DNA of 64,000 bases from NCBI GenBank assembly GCA_964016885.1, contig OZ024742.1, positions 99,324,001 to 99,388,000 of the forward strand, written 5' to 3'. This document shows positions 56,727 through 64,000 of the stretch, piece after piece (the stretch's first letter is position 1; each line of letters starts with the position of its first letter). The notes below the pieces were generated by a model. It had not been told where the DNA came from. It made no database searches and worked only from the letters and a program-made list of their open reading frames with translations. A program made the position numbers and the translations under genes. Source of the stretch: Eledone cirrhosa (taxonomy: Eukaryota).

Positions 56727-59700
56727 CAGTTGCATTTATCTTGCTTTATGTTCATACGAGTTATCACCAAGTCACAACCAGTGACCTCAAGAGACAACAA
56801 GGTCCGCCATGTTCAAGAAAGAACATACATATTCACACATGCATCTTTAGTGTTTAGACTTGTGATGTACTTATATTGACAGAATCTTCCTTAGTATATG
56901 GGCAGTTCCCATTAGTACTATCTTTTGTATTTCTCCTATACGCGGGTTTCCTGGGATTTGCAATATGTAATCATTAGACCCCTTAGGTATCATTCCCAGA
57001 GCGTCTACAACCACTGGTATTGTTTTAGTTCTCAATTTCCACATTTTTCCAATTTCTATCTCCAGGTCCTTATACTTGCTCAATTTTTCAAATGTTTTTA
57101 TAGATACATTCTTGTCTATTGGAACAGGCATATCAATTAGCAGGCATACCCTCTTTTGAAAGTCTTTCAATATTATATCAGGTCTGTTTGCATCTATTTT
57201 TCGGTCTGTTTGTATGCTAAAGTTCCACAAGATTGAGATGTGATCTTTTTCAAGTATGGGAGGTGGTTGATGCTCCCACCAATTCTGTTGATGGGGCAGG
57301 TCAAAATGCTTACACATTATCCAATGTATGTATTGTGCAGCTCTGTCATGCCTGTTTAGGTATTCGGTTGGAGCTATAGGACTGCACATTGAAATTATAT
57401 GGTCAATGGTCTCTGGTTGTTTTTTGCATACACGGCATAATGGGCTGCACCCATTTTTTATTATGTTGGCTTGGTAATTTTTTGTTGGCAGACATTGATC
57501 TTGTGCCGATATAATCAGTCCTTCAGTCTCCGATTTCAGTCCAGAGGATGCCAACCACTGATGGGTTAAAGTTTTGTCAACATCAGGATTGTTAGCTCGC
57601 TCTGGGTATTTTCCATACAGAGGCTTTTCTTGCCATTTCTTAGCCAGTTTCTGTAGCAGTTCTTTCTTTGCAGTTACTTTTACCTGCTTTGCTTTTTCTG
57701 TGTTTTCCATTTCAGCAGTAAATGGAACTTCTGAAATTTGTAGTCCATTACTGTATCTTTGTGCATCTTTTGTAATGGAATATGATCTTTTGATGCTTTC
57801 ATGTTTCAAAACGAGTTTGATCATCCAATCATGTGATTCCCTTAGGTATGTAGATAATCCAATTGTTGCAGTTTTCAACGCAATGTCTAACTGGATTAAC
57901 CCACGTCCTCCTTCTTTCCTAGGGAGATATATTCTATCTATATCTGCCTTAGGGTGATGCATTCTGTGCTTGGTTAAGAATTTTCGAATTTTTGTATCGA
58001 GCCTACGGATCTCTGTGCTTGACCAGTTGATGACATTGTAACTGTAGGTTACTACCGGTATGGCAAGCGTGTTTATGGCATCGATCCTATTCCTTGCATT
58101 CAATTCCGTTCTTAAGATTACTCTTACTCTGCGGTAACATTCCTTCCTTATCCTTTCCCTGATTGTCGAGTGCTTGATTCCGTCTCCTTCACAAACACGT
58201 AGATATTTGTAAGTTTTTTCTTGATCAAGTTCTCTTACCACGTCCCCCCGATCAAGATTAATGCCTGAACTCTTCAGCAGCTTTCCTCTGGTGAACGTTG
58301 CTTTGGCGCATTTATCTAGTCCAAACTCCATTTTAATGTCATCACTGAACTGCTTCACAGTGGATAATAGCCCTTGCAATTGTTCATCATTTTTTGCAAA
58401 TAGTTTCAGGTCATCCATGTAGAACAGGTGATTAATGGTTTTGTCATAGACTTTATATCCATGTTTTGTTTCATTGAGCATTTTACTTAATGGTATAAGT
58501 GCGATGCAGAATAAAAGCGGTGATAAAGAGTCACCCTGAAAAATTCCACAATTAATATTAACTTCTCCAGCTTCCAGTGATTTTGTTTCACTATTCAAAA
58601 GGAGTGTCGTTTCCATGTCTTCATACTGAATAACAAAAACCTCCTGACAACGGGGGATACTTTGAAAATCTCTAAACATTTTTCAATCCAACTGTGTGGC
58701 AAACTATCAAATGTTCTTTTATAATCTATCCAAGCAATCGATAGATTTTTGTGTCTATTATGACAATCTTCCAGTATCATTTTGTTAACCAGAAGCTGAT
58801 CCTTACAGCCATATGAGCCTCGTTTGCACCCTTTCTGCTCAATGGGAAATAGGTCATTTGTTATCAGGTGGTCATATGTGTATTCAGTTAGGACTGATGT
58901 TAAAATTTTATACATTGTGGTCAAGCAAGTTATCGGTCTGTAATTTTTGGGATTGTTTGTCTCATCATTCTTCGGAAGCAGGAATGTAATGCCGTTAACT
59001 AGCCATGAAGGTATCATTTCTGGCTCCTTAACTATTTCATTGTAAAGTTGGGCTAACAGCTCATGAGACTCTGTGAAGGCATTTATCCAAAAGTTTTGTA
59101 TTTTGTCTTTTCCTGGGGATTTCCATTTGCTGGTTTTTCTTAGAGCCAAGCGCAACTGTTCAACTGTTATATTTTCCCATGTTTGTTCCTCAAGGTGAGC
59201 TGTATCTTTCATTTGTCTGTCTATCCATGGGGCATGTATGTTATTAACTTTTTCTTCGGCCCAGATCTTTTCCCAGAATTCTTGCACTTCCTCCTTGGGT
59301 GGTATTGATTTAGCAGTTATTGTTGACTTACCAATTTTTCTGTAGAAGTTTCTTTGGTTGTTTTTGAACATATTATTGTCCTTATAGAATCTAGATCGTT
59401 TTTCAAAGCGCCTTATACGAGCAGCTTTGGCTGACACTTTTTGCTTGATTATTTCTATCAGCATGTCTATGTCACATGTTGATTTTATACTGTACTTTTT
59501 TTTCAATTTTCTAAGTTTAGTTTGTTTAACATGTTCACCTACTTTATAGTTTGTTAAAATTTCTATGTCAGATCGGAGAAGGTTTATTTGGCGATTGATG
59601 TTCTCTTGCCAAGTAGATTTCTTGTGGGAATTCCTTTGTTTTTTCATCTTCACTCCACATAAGTGAGTGGTGACTTTAGCCGATGCATAATAGAGATGAT

Positions 59701-60688
59701 TTAAATCAGTAATGTTTAGTTTGTTTGTGATGATAATGTTTTTGAGAATTATGTTAGTCTTGTGTATTATCTTTGGAGTTCTGGATCTTAGGGAGGGTGT
59801 CTCGTTGCCCCATGTCAGATTCTTTCATTTTCATCCATTCGATCATAATTTCATCCTTCAAGTTGGCAAGTTCATTCTCATTCATTTCTTTATCATTTAC
59901 GATCTCATTATTTTCATTTGGAGTTTTATCCTGAGCATGCACTCCCTCCACTTTTTCGATCCTTTCTTTAATTTGTTCTGTTGCCAGTGATTCCGCCCCA
60001 ACCCTGGGATTCGAAGTGTTACAGTTTACCTTGTTTTCACTGATACATGTTTCATTTTCCCTTCGCTGACTTTGTGCTAATAGCTTGATCTGATCAATTT
60101 CTATATCAGTTAGTAACTTTTTTCTTACAATATTTCTTCGTATATTGGCTAGTTTGTTACTGTCAATATAGCCTCTGTTTTCGGGATGTTTCTTTTTCCA
60201 GTTGATATATGTCTGTTCTGTATTCGATGTATTTGATGGGTAGTACATGGCAGTGTAGAAAGCCTCAAGGACTTCTTTATTATCTTTCCTTGACCATTTT
60301 TCTCTCTTTTTCTTTGGATTTCTTGGTGGTGAGCATGGAGGGCCAACAGTAGGAGTATTCCGGTTATGGGAGGTCTCCAGCTCCGAAGTGATGGGAAGGT
60401 TTGAACCATTAGCTGATTTTTCGACCCCAGTCTGGTTCCTCTCTGAGGGACGCGGCCCTTTTTTACCCGGGTGACGGCCGATCGGGTATGAGATTTTATC
60501 ATTAGACATTTACTTTATTTTGTCGCGTTTTATCCTTATCCGCCAAGGGGTAATCATTTCGTGTTACCACTTCTAGAACGAGTGTCAACCAAGGCTAGAG
60601 GGGTCGTTCTCCCCTAGAGACACGGCTATTCCCCGCCGGCCGCCATCCCGGTATTTCTTGGTCACGGGGTTTTTTGGGGTTTTTTTTT
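56727..60688 (-). mobile_element. R4/Dong-like RLE LINE family A, apparently full length
   Basis: Single long ORF plus GC-rich 5' UTR; 3' end in (TAA)n. Confidence 0.93.
56871..60509 (-). pseudogene. RT-zinc knuckle-RLE ORF split by at least two frameshifts
   Basis: ORFs 59754-60509, 58595-59653 and 56871-58679: KSPGKD, NYRPITCL, IDYKRTFDS, GIFQGDSLSPLLF, FYMDDLKL, CCHC and NRPD. Confidence 0.93.
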
Positions 60689-61855
60689 AAATTGTTATTA
60701 TCATGAGTGGTTCATTAATGTGAGCATTGCGTGGTTTAAGAATGAAATTATTAATAATTGTCTCCACTCCAGGCACAAGGCCAGCAATCACCCAGTGCAT
60801 TACAATAATATAATATACTTTTTGTTGTAGTTGGCTGTTATTGTTGTTGGCTATGTCGGTGGTGCTGCCGGGGCTTTTTATATTGTTGGTGAGGAAGGGG
60901 TGAGCCAGCAGTCCCATAGTTGTTGATGTTGACGTTTGGCCGTGGCCAGGTCACTAAGTCAATCTATTTATATCTTTTGCTAGCCTCTCCCTTGTCTAGT
61001 AATACCGCCACCTTCCCCCTCCCCCTTCCCCTTTCTCTCTCAAGTTAACAGGGGAATAGTGGTGGTAGCATTGAAGGAGTGGTGGCGGCGACGATGGGAT
61101 AGTGGTAGCAATGATGGATGGGATGGTGGATACTGATATGTAGTATCTATGAGTTTGTGTTCGTATGTTTAATATATATTTTTATTATATTTTGTGTTGA
61201 CATATTCCCGTAAAATTGGAATTAAACATTTTTTTTTTTTTTTAATTTGAGACAATATTAATAGTAATTCTATAATAGTAATTCTATAATATGGTAGCAG
61301 CAGCCAGCGGGGAGATGTGGGAGACAGTAGCGGCGGTATCGATACTGAGACAGTGGTGGTGGTGGTGATGTCGATACCGAGGCAGTGGTGGTGGTGATGT
61401 GATCGTATTACTGTAGTGATGGTGTTGTAGCGGTGGTAGCAATGAAGGAGTGGTGGTGGCGGTGATGGGATAGTGGTGGTAATGATGGCAGTAGTGAGTG
61501 GTGGTGGTGAAATTGCCGTTATCTGGCTGTTGTGTTTAGTGTACACAGAGAGGTGATGGGGTAGGTGTTGTGTCTAGTTTCTGGTGTTGGTGAGATTGGT
61601 GTTGTTTGGTTGTTCTATATAGCGTAGACAGAGGAGGGTGGGGGGGTTCTTCTTCCATTTATAGCCATTTTCTTTTTTGAATATACAATGTACAATACAA
61701 AGTTGAATATTTGAATATTTGAGCCTTATAACAATATATTTTGGGTCCGAATTTTTTGGGGCTCAAGCCGGATGCTTTACGTAGCATTTGTACTAAGAGT
61801 TGTTATTTCACAAATGATTTAAATATGTTAAAAATTCAAAACTTACGGGAGCGAT

Positions 61856-61931
61856 CTTCTTCTTCTTCTTCTTCTTCTTCTTCTTCTTCTTCTTCTTCTT
61901 CTTCTTCTTCTTCTTCTTCTTCTTCTTCTTT
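61856..61931. repeat. (TCT)n microsatellite
   Basis: Direct reading of the sequence. Confidence 0.95.
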
Positions 61932-62107
61932 CACATCTACCTACCTTCTGATTACAGAATGCTGAAGCTGGAGCTATTGATGGTCGGTTGACCTTTATAT
62001 ATATAAGAAGAGCAAAATGTTAGTATACGTAAATTAACAAGGAAGTGCTGTCTTTCTCTCCCTCTCCCCCTTGTCCTGCTCCACCCAACTACGGTTGCAG
62101 ATTAAAA

Positions 62108-62292
62108 TATAATTGTTTCTATTTTGGGCACAAGGCCAACAAATACCCAGTACATTACTGGTACTTTATTTTATCGACCCCGTAAGGATGAAAGGCAAAG
62201 TTAATCTCGACATGATTTGAACTCAGATCATAAAGGGACGTAACTCTATGCTTCAAAGCATGGTGTCCGACTCTCTACCGATACTGTCAATA
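62108..62292 (-). mobile_element. tRNA-derived SINE
   Basis: Same consensus, minus strand. Confidence 0.9.
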
Positions 62293-63370
62293 ATGAATGC
62301 TATATGAATTATGAATTTATGAGCGTAAAGAAAGTAAGCAGTTTCTTTCATTGGCGAGGGAAATTGTATAAGTGCCATAACCAGCCTCTGTACATTTTGG
62401 TCCGACCCCGTGAGAAAGTGGGTTTATTATGGAACAAAACACAATAAACAACGATTGAAAAGAAATTCAGAATGTTCTATGCTATAAATGAAAAGTAGTA
62501 ATTCTTATATGTTTCATTCCAGTTTTACCTCCTTATTCAATTGATGTAATTATCAGTAACAACGTTGCACAAACTCCACAATAACCAAAAAAAAAAACAG
62601 CAACACGTGGAAATGTAATGCTTTTTGAAATGTAAGTATTTTTTTTTAAATCTAATATACTATTAACATTGAATACACGTGTATTCATAAGACGTGGACT
62701 GCCGAAACATACGTATAGAGTTGGTGAAGAATAAAATGATGAAATTATACACTTCGCCTTTTTTTGATTTTATAATTTTAACGAAACAAAACAACCATTA
62801 AATTGTGACCTTGAGAGAGAGAGACAACACACTGCTGGCCTGCCTCTTCTCTCTGTTGCATCTTTTCCTCTTCATTCAGTCCTACACCTGCAGTATATGA
62901 CTAAAATCTCTTTCTCGCACTCTGCTCTCGATTGTTAGCCATTACGACGACTTTCATAATTCATCAACAGACACGCCTACAGGCCGCCTCTTGGATTCTT
63001 TTTGAAGGTGTACATAATCACAACCCTTCTTGTGAAAGCTTCACCACTGCTAAATATTGCTAGCTTTCTCTCTATTAGACAACAACAAATATTTCTCCCA
63101 GGCAAAAACAGGTCACGAGGAGTATGAGTTGTCTTTCTTGGCGTAACTTGCCGTAATGTGCCGTAACAAGCTACGGGTCGCACGCTAACATTTTCCCTGG
63201 ATACTGCGGAGTGTCATGGCTTCTTTTTGTTAATTTCTTCTTTAAGTATTGGCTCTGAGGAGAACATCTACCAGAGAACCATGGCAAAACCGTGCCAGGC
63301 AAGGTTGTGTAAATTCTGATGTATTACATACCCGCTTACTCAAGCTATAGATCCATCACACTCTCACCAC

Positions 63371-63467
<97 letters not shown>

Positions 63468-64000
63468 GTACTACTGCAGCTGCTGTGGTCAATCGCAGCT
63501 GATCGTGTATTATTTGTTAGTAAGCAATATGATTTTGTTAAAGGTTTTATGTGTCCCTGCTGTCACGAGCAGATAAACACACATTCATGACTCTCTGATT
63601 CTCTTTCCTTTTAACTAGCAAAACATAAATGATGTGACACCTTGAAAGAGAAGACTTTATAACAGTCTTAATGTAATACATACTCTCTCAACCCATTTCA
63701 TCTCTACAATTAGCTTTGATAATTAATTATGTTTGCGTGACTATCAACCTTTTTTTCATGATGGCAATGATGAGAATGATTACCATTATTATATGTAATA
63801 GACGGTCCCAATCCTTCTCCTGTATAATCAGTTGTGTTCCAGGTGATTAGTCTTCAACATCTGTGGTATTTAAATCCCAAGGTGAAATTTGAACGCAGAG
63901 TACTAACGACGGGACAACTATCACAAGTCACTTTGTCCGACGCTCTAACAATCTTGCTAACTCACGGCCATTTACTGATACTTTATTTTATCGACGTGAA

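Noticed and set aside
62830-63310. Complex non-repetitive stretch as a host exon
   Set aside because: No sustained ORF or recognisable motif.

Overview
Repeat-saturated, gene-poor animal (eukaryotic) DNA, most likely cephalopod/octopus judging from the very dense (AT)n/(GT)n/(AAT)n microsatellites and the SINE family. No host protein-coding gene could be supported; most short ORFs are microsatellite artefacts. The window holds a decayed Helitron and a complete non-autonomous Helitron, a mariner deletion derivative and a mariner-type MITE, and more than 12 tRNA-derived SINEs. It also holds RTE-clade LINE fragments, two Tx1/L1-clade LINEs and R4/Dong-like RLE LINEs in (AAT)n tracts, several Penelope-like elements (PLEs) in inverted arrangements, and a 3.9 kb triplet-based minisatellite. 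The main unexplained signal is a dense and diverse set of type-I hammerhead ribozyme motifs, read and folded by eye. Six have a canonical CUGANGA/GAAA/NUH core with pairing stems, and more have a variant CCGANGA core. Many sit in small, non-coding, fold-back units inserted in (AT)n, suggesting PLE-mobilised retrozyme-like elements. Coordinates were read by eye; no alignment, folding or database search was run.
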